Assembly (NCBI GenBank): GCA_013265495.1
Contig: MU058153.1
Coordinates: 1,428,001 to 1,492,000 of the forward strand
Length of the DNA stretch: 64,000 nucleotides
From: Vicugna vicugna
Lineage: Eukaryota
Direction: 5' to 3'
Made by a program: the position numbers and the translations under genes. The notes under the pieces were generated by a model. It made no database searches. It saw only the letters and a list, made by a program, of their open reading frames with translations, and had not been told where the DNA came from. This document shows positions 1 to 12,219 of the stretch, one piece after another. The stretch's first letter is position 1. Each line of letters opens with the position of its first letter.

Positions 1-184
1 AAGCTGTTGTCAAGCAAACTGCTGGTGGAGTAGGTTGTGCCTGGAAAGTTAAAACAATGAAGACTACCATGTTTTCACGACCTGTTACATGATAGGAATT
101 GTAGTGGTTTATTTTACATATGTTATCTCATTGTACCCTTACAGAAATGGCAGTCATGATAATAACAATACCCTCCCCCCAAAT

Positions 185-410
185 CAATAATAGACAATGT
201 TTATTGAGTGATTACTATGTGTAGGCATTGTTCTAAATGCTTTCCCTGTGTGATGACATTGAATCCACAAACAAGCACTTTTCTTTAAAAGTGAGGAAAG
301 ACTAGTTTAGATGGGCATAATGATTTACCCATGTCACAAAGCTAACAGATGGGAGAACCCTGCTTTGAACTTCTGGTCAACCCTGTGATGTTTAGACTTC
401 GCTCTGCTGC
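185..410 (-). mobile_element. MIR SINE (degenerate)
   Basis: Reverse-strand MIR motifs: aataatagacaatgtttattgagtgattactatgtgtaggcattgttctaaatgc ... gaggaaagact ... ttacccatgtcacaaagcta. Confidence 0.75.
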
Positions 411-699
411 CTCTCGCATGACACTACTTAATTAAACACAAAATCAAACAAAACCACAAGAGCAAAAAGAAAAAAGAAAAAAAAATCTTACTTTTTTTTT
501 TTAAGTTTAAGGAAATCAAAACACCTAAGACCCATGACCTGTCCTTCTTTTAACCTCACTTACTTTTTTGTTTTTCCCTCCTTTCCGCTTCTCAGCTTTT
601 CCCACGTGTTCTCAGCTTTGACAATCTGTTAGCCTCCAGTTTAACCCAGGGGAGCTGCCCAGCCACAAGTCTGGGTATTTAAGAGTAAAGCTTTACCTG

Positions 700-1350
700 C
701 ACCATTTATTTTAAATATAACCATGGAAGGTCACCACAAGTAAACAACAAGGGTGTTTTAGGCGGCCATGTTGTTTGTTGTGTGTTAGGAAAAGCGAAGA
801 AACGTTTCAGGTCACAGTGGTGACTGGCGCCTGCACTTCATGCCTCAACAGAGATTAGTCGTGGGCGGGGCTTCTTCCTTAAGATGTAATGATACTGATG
901 GTCACATCCTGGGCTGCATAAGACTGTACCACGAATCTCTTGTCTCAGTTGTAATCATCAGAAGACAGCCTCCTCCATATTTAGAAAAGGGACATTGGGC
1001 CCTTTCCTCAGTCGCTCCTAAGAGTCTTTCCTTTTCCCCATCAGAATAGTACGTGGGAGAGGCAGAAGCAGGCACAGCTCCGAGACACTGTTTCTGCTGC
1101 TGTTCCCAAGAAGCTACCAAACAGAAGTGCTCCTCTCAGTTCATCTGGGCACTGGGCCAGAGAGCAGGCAAGGCCCCAAGTCAGCTTCCTTGCTCCTTCA
1201 CCATATCACCCTTTCTTCTGCTTATAAGACAGACACTGCAGGGGCCGGGAAAGCAGGCACAACACGACACGGCTGCAGGCGCGATGGACACAAGCCCTTC
1301 CTCACTTAGGTGTCCACACACGCGCGCACACACACACACACGTGGTCCCA
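700..1350 (+). promoter_or_regulatory. Promoter/enhancer-like motif cluster
   Basis: Unique sequence with MEF2-type TTAAATATAA (711-720), FOX TAAACAA (741-747), YY1-like CGGCCATGTT (763-772), GC box (863-870), CArG-like CCATATTTAG (975-984), TATA-like TATAAGA (1223-1229) and a (CA/CG)n tract at 1315-1344. Confidence 0.45.
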
Positions 1351-2546
1351 CCACCTTATCTTAGTGTCCTGAACTCCCACCTGACTTCTGAAGGGCCTTC
1401 TAAAGACACCTGCCGTTTATCTTTCTCTAGAATTCAAGATACAAAGAGAAAGAACTGCATACTCAGTAACGGACTCTGGATTCAGGGCATGGGTTGACAT
1501 CTGAGGATTATTCTCCTGATTGCCGACAATATATTGGACCCAGTATCTTCTGTTCAGAGAATATAAAGTGACTTTAATATCAGTCGTGGCTTCTTATCCC
1601 CAAATCTAAGGCCTTTACAACAGCAAATGGAAGAGGCTTGGGCTTGTCGGTGTTTTATAAGATCTGATCCACGGCTTCCTGACCCCTGGGGCTGGCAAGA
1701 CAGAGTAGGCTCTTGCTTTATATTATCTCTAGACTACGCCCCTTTCCTACGCTGGCCTGGGCTCTCAGCACTTATCGGGCCCAGATAAGTAGAATCATGC
1801 CCTGATGTACCCGTCTCCATCCAGTCTCGTTCCCACCACTTATCCTCCGGAGCCACTGCTCGTGGTCCCTTCTCCTCCTAGCAAAGCCTGCCTATGAAAT
1901 ACATGCTGGAACCCGAAACCTGGCCCTTGGCCCGAGGGCCTCTCCATCCTCTCCCCGTCCCCGTGTGTGTTTCTTGGCCATGCCATGTTGTTTTCCAGTT
2001 CCTGTACCCTGAGCTGTATGGGTAGTTGTTCTGTGTACCCGTTGTTTGGTTTTCCCACTTAGACCGAAGGCTCTCTGAGGTCCACCCCTTGGCTTACACG
2101 TCTGTGTCCTCTCCTCCACACCTCACGTAGAGGAAATACTCAATCTGTGCTTCATAATTGAAAAAAAATTTTTCCTTTATTGGCTTCCAATGGCTCATCT
2201 AAAAAAAATTTAAAAGGGGTGCTTTGTTTCTAATTAGATTTTCATTAATTTTGCTAATAGAGGACTTAACAGACTTAACCTCTACTTGGGGTGAGGCCAC
2301 CTTTTCCATCAGAGGCCCCACCTCGCAGTGGGTCATCTTTGACATAAAAGGCATTCTCCTTTGCAGAGTTTTCTGCAGGGTACCTTTAGAGAGCTGCTGT
2401 TTGAAGAGCAATAGATCAGAGCTCTAGGTTTCCTTGTGGCTTTTTGCTTAGCAAGGACGTGAAGCTCGCTAATCCAAGCAGGGGCTTTTGTGGGCGTTCG
2501 TCAGCCTGTCTTCCTCAGAGGGCTACTTGCTTCTGTCTCTCTGTAG

Positions 2547-2652
2547 TGCTGACAGGCCGATGGATTTCCCGGGGTTGACCCAGGGCCACGTTCAAGACGT
2601 TAATTTTTCCAACTTCCTGTCCTGTGAAAATTACAAGGAGCATGATGAAGTG
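2547..2652 (+). other. Candidate exon containing a start codon (MDFPGLTQGHVQDVNFSNFLSCENYKEHDEV, phase 0)
   Basis: Acceptor cttgcttctgtctctctgtag ends at 2546; ATG at 2560 (gccgATGG); frame open to the donor-like GTG|GTAACT at 2653. Confidence 0.3.
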
Positions 2653-3471
2653 GTAACTCTTCAGGTTTTGCCTACTGTTCTAATACGTGGCCTTGGCTTC
2701 CAGAGCTAATCTACAAAATGGGCAGGTGTCATGATGAGGTTTGCAATAACCAATAGAGGAAAAAGAGCAGAATGTAGTGAGTTTCTCACAAAAGTAAATG
2801 TATACGCATACATTTATATGGAAAACTGAATCTTAGTCTTTATTTTTCTTGTTATTTTATTAGGATCAAATGTCCTTTTTTTTAAAGGTGAATGATTATG
2901 ATAATACATGGTATTTAAAAAAATTTTCTCCTAATGTTGTCATTGGTTGGTAAGATACGTTGTGTGTGTATGTGCATTCACAAGTTTGTGACAAATGACC
3001 ACCATGTCCGTGATTAATTTCATTTAACGTTGATAGTTCGGTAATCTAGAACTCTTCCATGAGATATAAACATTAGAGGCCTGGAGAAAACTTTGAGTAA
3101 AATAGGAAAGTGGGCCGTATCTTCCTAGCATCCCCAGCAGCATCTTGGTCGTGGCCCCTTCCTACTGCTGAGTGCCACTGTCAGACACGACCTTCCAGTA
3201 CCGGCGCCCTCCTCTCTGGCCTCAGGACACTAAGCAAGTTGCCTCCCCTTTCTCAGCCTTCCATGTCTGTAACACCAGGAGTTCAATTTAGATGCTCCGC
3301 GTTGTTCCTTTGAGCACTGTCTTTCCAGAGGCTAAGGCACTCCATACAACTGTTTGCAGGTAACGAGACGATATTTGCCAGAGAGAATGGCAACGCATTT
3401 TCCTCGTTCCTTTTCTCAGAGAGTCTGGCTGACTTACTCCCTTTCTTGTATCTGCTTGCCCTTCTCTGTCT

Positions 3472-3900
3472 CCTTTTTTTTTTTTTTTAAATCACGCTTG
3501 TCAGATTTCTTTTTTTCCTCTTCTGTCTCTATCTAGCCAAGTCCTGCTCCCCATTAGAATCGCTTATTTTGTGCATGTGGCGTTTCTGCAGGGTAAGCAC
3601 TTCATTTCAGACTTGCTTCCACTAATGAACTACAAAATTAAGTAGGTGAATTCATTGATTCAGCACTTGGTTTGATGTTTATATTACCCTTTTTTTTTTT
3701 TTAAATCACGCTTGTCAGATTTCTTTCTTTCCTCTTCTGTCTCTATCTAGCCAAGTCCTGCTCCCCATTAGAATCGCTTATTTTGTGCATGTGGCGTTTC
3801 TGCAGGGTAAGCACTTCATTTCAGACTTGCTTCCACTAATGAACTACAAAATTAAGTAGGTGAATTCATTGATTCAGCACTTGGTTTGATGTTTATATTA
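3472..3900. repeat. Direct tandem duplication, period 214 bp, 2 copies
   Basis: 3489-3686 and 3703-3900 are identical except for one T/C difference; each is preceded by cc + poly-T (15 T vs 13 T). Confidence 0.97.
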
Positions 3901-4201
3901 ATTCATTAAAAGGGAAGCCCTGGATGTGGCCAGAGGCTTGCCGGGAATCTGTCCCTCCCCCCAGAAATCTCCTTTGCCTTCCCACACTGGATAGCTCTCT
4001 TGCTGCTTCTCAGAAGTGTTCATGCCTCTGGGGAGCTGCCAAATGACCGAAGCTGCATCAGACAGGAATTCCGCCCTTTGTGACGGCAGAAACAATCCTT
4101 TCTTGTTCTTTTTCTCCTTCCCAAGCTTCCTGGCCCTGGCGTCAGTTCTACTTTTGATATACCTGGAGAATTTTCTCTCAGTGCCTGCTGAGATTTCAGT
4201 C

Positions 4202-4317
4202 ATGTCTGTTTCATGTCGGATGTCTGCACAGCCACTGTCCACCTGCCCCCACCCACAAGAGGAAGATAGGACTTCCCACCTGGCTGAAATCCTCACCTCA
4301 TTTCCATCAAAAAGAAC
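4202..4317 (+). other. Candidate alternative first exon, coding part (MSVSCRMSAQPLSTCPHPQEEDRTSHLAEILTSFPSKR..., phase 2)
   Basis: ATG at 4202; frame open to a consensus GTAAGT donor at 4318-4323; GC box and kB/STAT-like motifs upstream at 3910-4080. Confidence 0.35.
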
Positions 4318-4899
4318 GTAAGTAAGAAGCTGTAATAGGGTTCACACCCTGCCTCAGAGCCATCAACTAGTTTTCAGAAAAAGGATATACTTACAATCTG
4401 GTTTTGTTTCTGTTTTCAACAATTCTATCCTGTTCCATTCTTCTTTACCTTAGCACATAATAACTGCGAATGAATGACAGAGTGGTGGCCATTTGTCACA
4501 TGTACCTTTTTTTTTTTTTGGCCTTGAAGATGGAAGATTTGAATCTTGAAGATTCACAGCTTCTTTCAAATTGCTACACATAGCATCAGACTGGAAAAAT
4601 GTTTTAAGCTAAAACAGAGTGGGGCCTGCTGTCACTGAGTAGTGTCCATTGTAAAAGAAGGCTTTTCTTGGAGCCCATCCAGACAATTCAGTTGCTTGTC
4701 CAAAGCAAATGGATTAGAAGAAGGATGGACTAAGTATATGTTCTTTGATTTGATTTTGTGCCTCCTGTTCCTCGTGCACCTGTTAAAAGTTCTGAACTAA
4801 GAGCCATTGCCTTCAGACAGTTTGCTTCATCTGTCCCACGTATTTAAATCGTGTGTGCTGTTAGCATCAATTGACCCTAACTTCCCATCGCAGTGCAGC

Positions 4900-5090
4900 C
4901 TCTGTGTTGCTCTCCCCCAGTACTTCGTACACACGTTGTCCGCGGTCCTACTTAGTACCTACCTGTTGATTATCCATCTTCCTCACATCCTTCTGAGATT
5001 TCTCTATGAAGGGAGCCTGACTTACTCTTCTTTGTGTACCTCTTTGATACATAGTAGGTACTCGATCAGTGTTGAAAGGAAATAAATGGA
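4900..5090 (+). mobile_element. L2 3' end
   Basis: ...tatgaagggagcctgacttactc...atacatagtaggtactcgatcagtgttgaaaggaaataaatg resembles the L2 tail. Confidence 0.65.
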
Positions 5091-5624
5091 ATAGTGAACA
5101 CTTAAAGCTTGGAATTTGGTTAGAGCAAGATTTGACCCCTCTGGTAGTAATTCAATTTGAATTTGAGTAAACTTTCCTTTTGCAAAATTCAGTATCACAA
5201 TATTTTGAAGTTGTCTATCTAACAGAGCTATTAAATTTGTTCTGCACATTTGTGTTGCAAGGCACTACTTTGGATTTTAAAATATCTACACGTTGTTTTA
5301 AAAATCTGATCGAATCATTATAACTCAAGGAATAAATTCATTTCAGCCAAGGTAGTTGTTAATTTTTATTAAAACATTTTCCCCCAAATAGTCAATAGCT
5401 CTGTTTTTCATAGTGCAACTATTTTATATTTGTAAATTTATTCTGAAAGAGGCAGAGACAGAGAGAAGGAACCTAAAGTCCTATCGGCTTGTCTTATATC
5501 AAATGAAATTGATACTTGTTAATTCCCTTTAACATCCTATGTTATAAACATACACATAAACACAAATCTTTCCTAATATTTTGCATTCAAATGAAAAATG
5601 TGCTCATTTAATAATGTTTGAAAT

Positions 5625-5775
5625 TTATATGCGCACATGTGTTTATATGTATATTTATGTGTGCGTGCACATATATACACATTTATGTGTATACGTATTC
5701 ACATGCACATATGTATTTACACACATATGTATACATCCACACATATATATACACACAAGGACATGCACACATATT
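5625..5775. repeat. Degenerate (TA/CA/TG)n low-complexity tract
   Basis: Alternating purine-pyrimidine dinucleotides. Confidence 0.8.
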
Positions 5776-7830
5776 TCTTGGTAGATCATAATTTGGAAGT
5801 GTGGATTCTACTTCCAGTGGTTTTTTGGTACAAGATATTACAATATTAATAGCATTATATTGTCATTAAAAATATAAATAGAATGTGGGGGGGTAGGGAT
5901 AATGGAAGACTTTTGCATTTGTACAAGAATGACTTTTTTTTCGTTATAGAGGGGTATATTTGGAGCTAGAATTAAGTTTCTTATGGCTGTTGCTCATTTA
6001 ATAATTTATACAAGAAAACTTTATTTTAAAAGCACATTCCTTTGAAAGCCAGATACCATTGTTTTAACTGCTTGAGTACAGATTATAGCCCAACTACGAA
6101 ATTAAGAGTGAAACATGTGTTAGAGAAACGTTCACACCGCTTTCCACTTGAGAAGTTACTTGCTGCTAAATTTCAGATCCTGACATCTTTTCATAGTTAA
6201 ATACTTGATTAAAAGAAAGGAGAGTTTCACCAAATACTGTTGGGTGTTTGGGCCAGTTCTGATACCATGGCATCATTGTGGTCTCAAGGGGAGTGTGTAT
6301 TCCACGAGTAAGACTTGTGACCAGAGGTAGGAAAGCTTGCATATGTAGATTATTGAATTTGCACCCTTTTTAAGAGATAAATTATCACTCAAGATTCTTC
6401 TTTTCTTTTTGAGGCAGTAATGCCTTTGGTGTCTTTACAGTGACGGGAGAAGAGAATGAATCATAGGTTTCCACTCTGTTCATGGAGTCTGAATAATTTA
6501 ATTAATGCTTTTATAATAAGACTTGCTTTCCTCCAAGATGGTTTTTGGTTGAGTCTTTGAACCAAATGAAGATGTTTATTGGAATTATGATTTCTCACTA
6601 GTGACTATTTTATTTTATTTAATTTATTTATTTATATTTTTTTGATGCACTGAGTTGAACAGGTCCAGGGCTTATACCCTCCTCTCTACACACACAAAAT
6701 GTTCCAGTTATATCAGGGAGTTCACAGAACCCCTTCCATAGATTGTGGTTAAACAGTGTATGATTCTTGGAATGAATGTACCTGCATCATCTACAGAGCC
6801 ATCAAACAGCAATCTTCTTATGTATCTATCATTGGCTTCAGTGTTTGAGTCAGATCTGAAGGCATCAAGGAAGGTTTGGACCCATCATGCTCCCAGGTAT
6901 TCATTTTATCTTGATCCTTGAGTACGCAGGATTGAGTCCAGTTTACTCTGCACTTCGTGGATGAGTCTTGTTGTTTTCTTGTTTTTGTTTGTGTGTGTTT
7001 GCTTTTTGTTTTTGTCATTGAGGGCATTGGAGAAAAATGTTCCCTATAAAACAGCCACCAAATAGCTCTTTTCTCGCGGAAACCTCAAAATATTTTTTCC
7101 ATTATTGATTCCATCTCTTCATACGACTTCTACTTAATGGAAACCGCTCAGCTTTCTGGAACTCCTGAGTATGTCTGTGTTCGGGTTATGATCCGTTTGG
7201 AGGGTGCCCATTGTCCTGTGTAGGCATGGCTTGATGGGTCACGCTAAGGTTTTTAATGATGTTTTATAGCCCTGAACTTCAGATAGGACCTTTTGGAATA
7301 GGACTGAATGCGAGCCTGACTGGAATTATATCAATAACTGAATGAGTTGGGAGATAAAGCAAGCGGCCTACACACTGTGGTTCACTGCTAGCTTGTCAAA
7401 TCGTAGGATGTGATAAAATAGAATGCTGTCACTTTGATTCCCTTGGTCTGGGATACAGTTATGAATGAATCTGTTGGTGTCCACCATGACATCATGTCCA
7501 CATCTTATGTGGCAGCCCTGAAAGAGATCTTCATGTACCCTCACCTACATTGTCAAAGGGGGTCTACATTCAAAGTTGATGTGCGTAAAGAATGAATGCC
7601 TCATACCTCAGTGAGAGGCTTAGAATGGAGCAGAAATATCGTTTTAGTAGCTTAAGGAGTCAGGGACCTTCCCAAACTCACTCACTGAGGCAGTTTCAGG
7701 ACCTGAGTATATTCGACACAGTTCAGTTCAGCACAGGTTATAAAATGTCTGCTATGTGATATGCTAGCCACTACCAGTATATACTAATTATGAAATCCTC
7801 TCCATTACATAAAGTTTTTAAGTTAGTAAG

Positions 7831-7970
7831 AGGGGAGGATATTTCAGTGGGAGAGTGCATGCTAAGCATGCACAAGGTCCTGGGTTCAATCCCCAGTATG
7901 TTCATTTAAAAAATAATTCACTAATTAAATAAACCGAATGACCCCCTCCAATAAATAAATACATACATAG
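7831..7970 (+). mobile_element. Camelid tRNA-derived SINE (Vic-1-like)
   Basis: ggggaggatatttcagtgggagagtgcatgctaagcatgcacaaggtcctgggttcaatcccc head with A/B boxes; AT-rich tail; TSD-like flanks aagttagtaag / aaattagtaag. Confidence 0.85.
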
Positions 7971-8150
7971 TAAAATTAGTAAGGAAAGAAAATTTAACTT
8001 TCATTATCAACCTTTGTGCTCTGTGATTTTGAGAAAGCATTTAACCCTTCCTTCTGAAGCTCTCTTTCCTGGTCTGTAGAATGAAGCTACTCTGCTGTCT
8101 TTCCACATTCAGTGTTGTTGAAAGGTTGGAAACAGATGGTAAAGCAGAGA

Positions 8151-8283
8151 AAACTACAGAACCTGGGGTTTACAGGCTACTGGAAAGGAAGGGGTCCCTT
8201 GGGGACTAGAAACTACAGAATCTGTATATCAGGAAAGCCTGGGGTTTACAGGCTACTGGAAAGGAAGGGGTCCCTTGGGGACT
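8151..8283. repeat. Local complex duplication (46-bp unit x2 plus 11-bp unit x2)
   Basis: cctggggtttacaggctactggaaaggaaggggtcccttggggact at 8162-8207 and 8238-8283; aaactacagaa at 8151-8161 and 8210-8220. Confidence 0.95.
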
Positions 8284-8915
8284 GGTTTTTGAATGGTAGG
8301 CTGGTTCTTTTCCCTTAGGTAGGTTACATATCTGGGTTGACTTGGTAATGGACACGTTGATGAAAATTACTTTTAGATGCATACGGTGCATCCAACCCTT
8401 TAGCGTATGAAAATCTCTTATGATTTTTAAAAGGTTACTCAAATTGAGGGTTTACAATCCTGTGGCAGCACCTGGCTTACAGGAGGTGCTGCAATGTCAT
8501 TGTGCTCAGCCTTTTTCCCAGTAGCCCCCTTAACTGAAGAAGGGAAAAATAGAAAAAAGCATTAGAGCTGGCTCACCCAGATTGTTTGTATACACTACTG
8601 TGATCAAAATCACCAGATACGCATGGTAACGCTCAACTTCATTCTGCCTATAAACAGTCAATGATCTTGTTAGTTGCAGCTGTAGAGCCAGTGGTAGCGG
8701 AAATCTTTGTTTATTGAATTTCCAGCTTCCAATCAACTGTGCAAGGAGCAACTGTGGGAAAATGAAAGCCAATAGCCCTCCTCTTCTCCTCTCTTTCTCT
8801 CTGCCTCATCATCAGAAGGGTTTGGGTTCTTAGGTTGGTTGAAAAAGTAGAGGCTATATAAATAAAATAGAGGAGAATCTTACATCTTAATTTTTTTTTG
8901 AAGAAAAAGAGTGAG

Positions 8916-9292
8916 TGTTATGGGCTGAAGTGTATCCTCCAAAATTCATATTTTGAGGTCCTGACCCTCCTGTGCCTCAGAATGGGACTGTATTTGGAGA
9001 TAATGTCCTTAAAGAGGTAATTAAAATAAAATGAGGTCTTTAGGGTGGGTTTAATACAACTGGTATCCTTATAAAAAGAGGACATGTGGACACAGACATG
9101 CATGCACACAGAGGAAAAACAGTGAGAAAGCAGCAATCTGCAAGTTAAAGAGAGAGGTCTAAAAAGAACTCAGACCTGCAGATACCTTGATCTTGGACTT
9201 CTAGCCTCCAGAACCACGAGAAAATAAATCTCTGTGGTTTAAGCCACCTGGACTGTGGTATTTTGTTACGGTAGCCCGAGCAAACTGATACA
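8916..9292 (+). mobile_element. MaLR solo LTR (MLT1A/B-like)
   Basis: Starts tgttatgggctgaa, ends gcaaactgataca; contains ccttataaaaagagg and ttggacttctagcctccagaac...aaaataaa. Confidence 0.9.
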
Positions 9293-10570
9293 TTGATTGT
9301 GTAGTGTTTTTCTTAGCTGGATTGGAAAGCCATTATAACGGAAGAAGTGGTTTGATTTATGTATCCATCAAAAGAATGGATTCTCTCATCATCACCTCCA
9401 GCAAGCATGGACCAGCATCTTGGCTGTCCACCAGAATGGGAGGTAGAGGGTATGAGAGTTGCTCTTTCAGGAGAATCCTTGAATTAACCTGAGAAGCCCC
9501 ACATGTGGGTTAGTTTTATATATGTCTTGGGTAATATAACCTTCCATTCTGCTCTTCTTTCAAGAGATACATGTTCTAAGAAGGAATTCCAAGTCCTAAA
9601 AGGGAATTAATAGCCAGATGTTTCAGGATCTGCCTCAAATATAAGGATGGCCTTGGACACTCATTTGAGTTCCTAGAACTGCTCTTCGGGGATCTTTCCC
9701 TCCTGGAATGGGGCGGGGGGTAAGACATTTATATTCCTTGCAGTACGCAAACCCAGACCACCTATCAACAGCCTATTCACTCTTTGTACAAATTTACCGT
9801 GTTGTATTTAGTGAAACAGAACTCCGGTTAAACGGAGAAAGAAAAGGTGGACTTTTGTTAGTGTGAGTTTGTTACTGCTGTAGGGTGGTGTGGTTGGGAT
9901 ATTTGAGAGCAAGTTCGAGCTAAGATGGACTTCGAACTTTGTCGTGGTTGTACGCTATCACTACGTTCTCCTTTAGAACTCATGCCTCCTAAACATTGCT
10001 TTCCTCACCGTAAATACAGATTACAGCAAATAAGCATAAGAAGAGTCACTGTCAATAGGGAATACTCCTACTTTTCTCTTCATTCTGTCATCATTAAGTG
10101 TAAAAGGGTACGCACCCCGCATGCTCCTTGTCACACAGTAAGAAATCAGTTCACGCTAACTACTTTTATTCTTTATGACGTTTACTTTCAACACACTCTT
10201 TGTAGCGGAACCCTTCCTATCCTAAGTGGATATTCCATGTTGACTGACTGCTGAGCGCTGTTGTGATTACCTCTCATTAGGAGAAACACCACGTTTTAGC
10301 GTGAGGGGTACAACTGGGATGAGACTCCGAAAATTCTCTAAGATAGCAACATCAGCTGCAGACTTTCAATAAGTTCAAAATAATCCTCTTTGAGGCCTGT
10401 AAGCTAAGGCTCTAGCAAAAACACAGAGCCTTTAAGTACCCATATTAGCTTCATCCTCCAGAAGGTGGAGGCGGATAAGTTCAGAATTCAAAACAGCTTT
10501 CAAAAGGGTTGAGAACAACAGGGCTGAGTAAAGTAAGATACTTGAGTGATTCTATCTAGAGTCTCAAAAT

Positions 10571-10746
10571 CAGTGGTTCTCAATCCCTACTGTGCGCCAG
10601 GATTTCCTGAAGAAATGTACAGTTGTCAGTATGGGAGAGCCTCCTGCTGGTTCAGACTCTCCAGTGATGGGGCTTGTCTGTGAGCATGTTTCCAGAAGCT
10701 CTGTGAGTGATTCTGAAATGCATGCAGCCTGTGTTGCTAATCATGG
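10571..10746. mobile_element. MER5-like hAT-Charlie MITE
   Basis: cagtggttctcaa terminus; gtgattctgaaatgca motif near the other end. Confidence 0.65.
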
Positions 10747-11854
10747 TTCTAAATAGACTGTCCCAAAATACCACATGTTAAAAGGCTTATTTTTTAATCT
10801 TTTTTTTAACACTATCTCTTCACCAATGCTGTAGTTATATGTTACATAAATTCCAATTCAGTCTTGAAAATTCCTGCCATCTTCCTAAAGAATGCTTATT
10901 TATGTTTCCAGGATCTCTCCGTGTTCTCATTTTTTAAATATATAATACTGTTTTATATCATTTCATGATGACTTTTGAAGCTCTGCATAAAATCACAAAA
11001 AAATATAAAATTATAGGCAACACTTGGCTAATCTAAACTCAGAATCACAAAATGATTTGCTTTGTGCTCACTCTAGGAAGTGTGCTATTTTCCCAAGTCT
11101 TCTTGGGTTGAAAGTTTGGGATGCAGGTGAACCCGTGACCCCTCCTGTGTCTCATTTGGAAGTAAAGCTGTACTAGATGCTTTAACAAGTCACTTCCCAA
11201 GGAGAAAGCACTGTTTGCGTTTAAAGGACCTCACCATCTGGCAGGATGGGACTTCGGAGAAAAATACTCCACTCTCTCCCAGAAAGGTTGCTCTTGTACT
11301 GGATGTAAAATTGGTGATGCAATAAAGGACAGGGTCTTTTGCTGACTAGGGAGCTTCGTGCCGTGCTCTTAAAAGATTGAATTTCTCTTCCTTCCGTTGG
11401 CTTGATGTCCATACATCATTTCATCTCCAGATGGAGGAAGCACGGAAAAAGCAATGAAGGTTTGAAGCAGGGAGTTTACGAAGCAGAAAGCAATGATTAT
11501 AGAAAGTTAAGTATGTTCCTGTAGATAGCAGGGAGTGTATTACACTTTCTACTATACAAACCTAACATTATTTTCATTGAAGTTCATTCCGTATTTCCCT
11601 ACCTTCTTTTCAGTTTTCAGTTCAACTTCCATTTGAAGCAAACCTCATAGTTGAAAATTCAGACTTGAACAGATTATACCTTAAGGTACAATTGTTAGTT
11701 TTACATAAAACGTGCCCCCCACAGGGCCCCTATAAGCACTTCATTTAAACACAATAGCTCCATAAAAATCATATTTGTACTTGGCTACATTGAAGCAACT
11801 CTAATGTACGAAATCCACTCGCTAATACCATATAATAACTCAGTAAATTAACAA

Positions 11855-12215
11855 GTTTTGATTAAACATTTATTGGAACCAAGATTATGTACACCACTGA
11901 GCATATAAATGAAGTTGGACGTATTTCTTGGGTTAAGAATTGTCATAGTCTATCTGAAGATACATAACTAGTTCCAAGAAATAGTTACCCAACCCCACAA
12001 TGACAATATGTTCTCAAGATCCAAATTGTGTAATAGAATCAGTACATGCCACTGAAGATCAAAAAAGGGAAGGTTTTAGGATGAAGGCAAAACTTAGACT
12101 GGTTTTTGACAGAGAGGAAAATAAGAGTGATGTGTGTGTATGCGTCGGAGAGAGAGGAATTGGCTCATGCTCCGGAATCCAGTTCTTAAGTGAATTTTGT
12201 ATCAGTAAGTGTAAA
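11855..12215 (-). mobile_element. L2 fragment
   Basis: aaacatttattggaacc...tcatagtcta... reverse L2 tail pattern. Confidence 0.5.
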
Positions 12216-12219
12216 GCAA

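Noticed and set aside
1053..1364. 103-aa ORF near the promoter-like region
   Set aside because: Non-ATG start, reads through a CA repeat, no splice donor and no recognisable protein.
7831..7900. tRNA gene-like sequence (also 28410-28480)
   Set aside because: Degenerate cloverleaf with AT-rich tail and TSDs: SINE heads, not tRNA genes.
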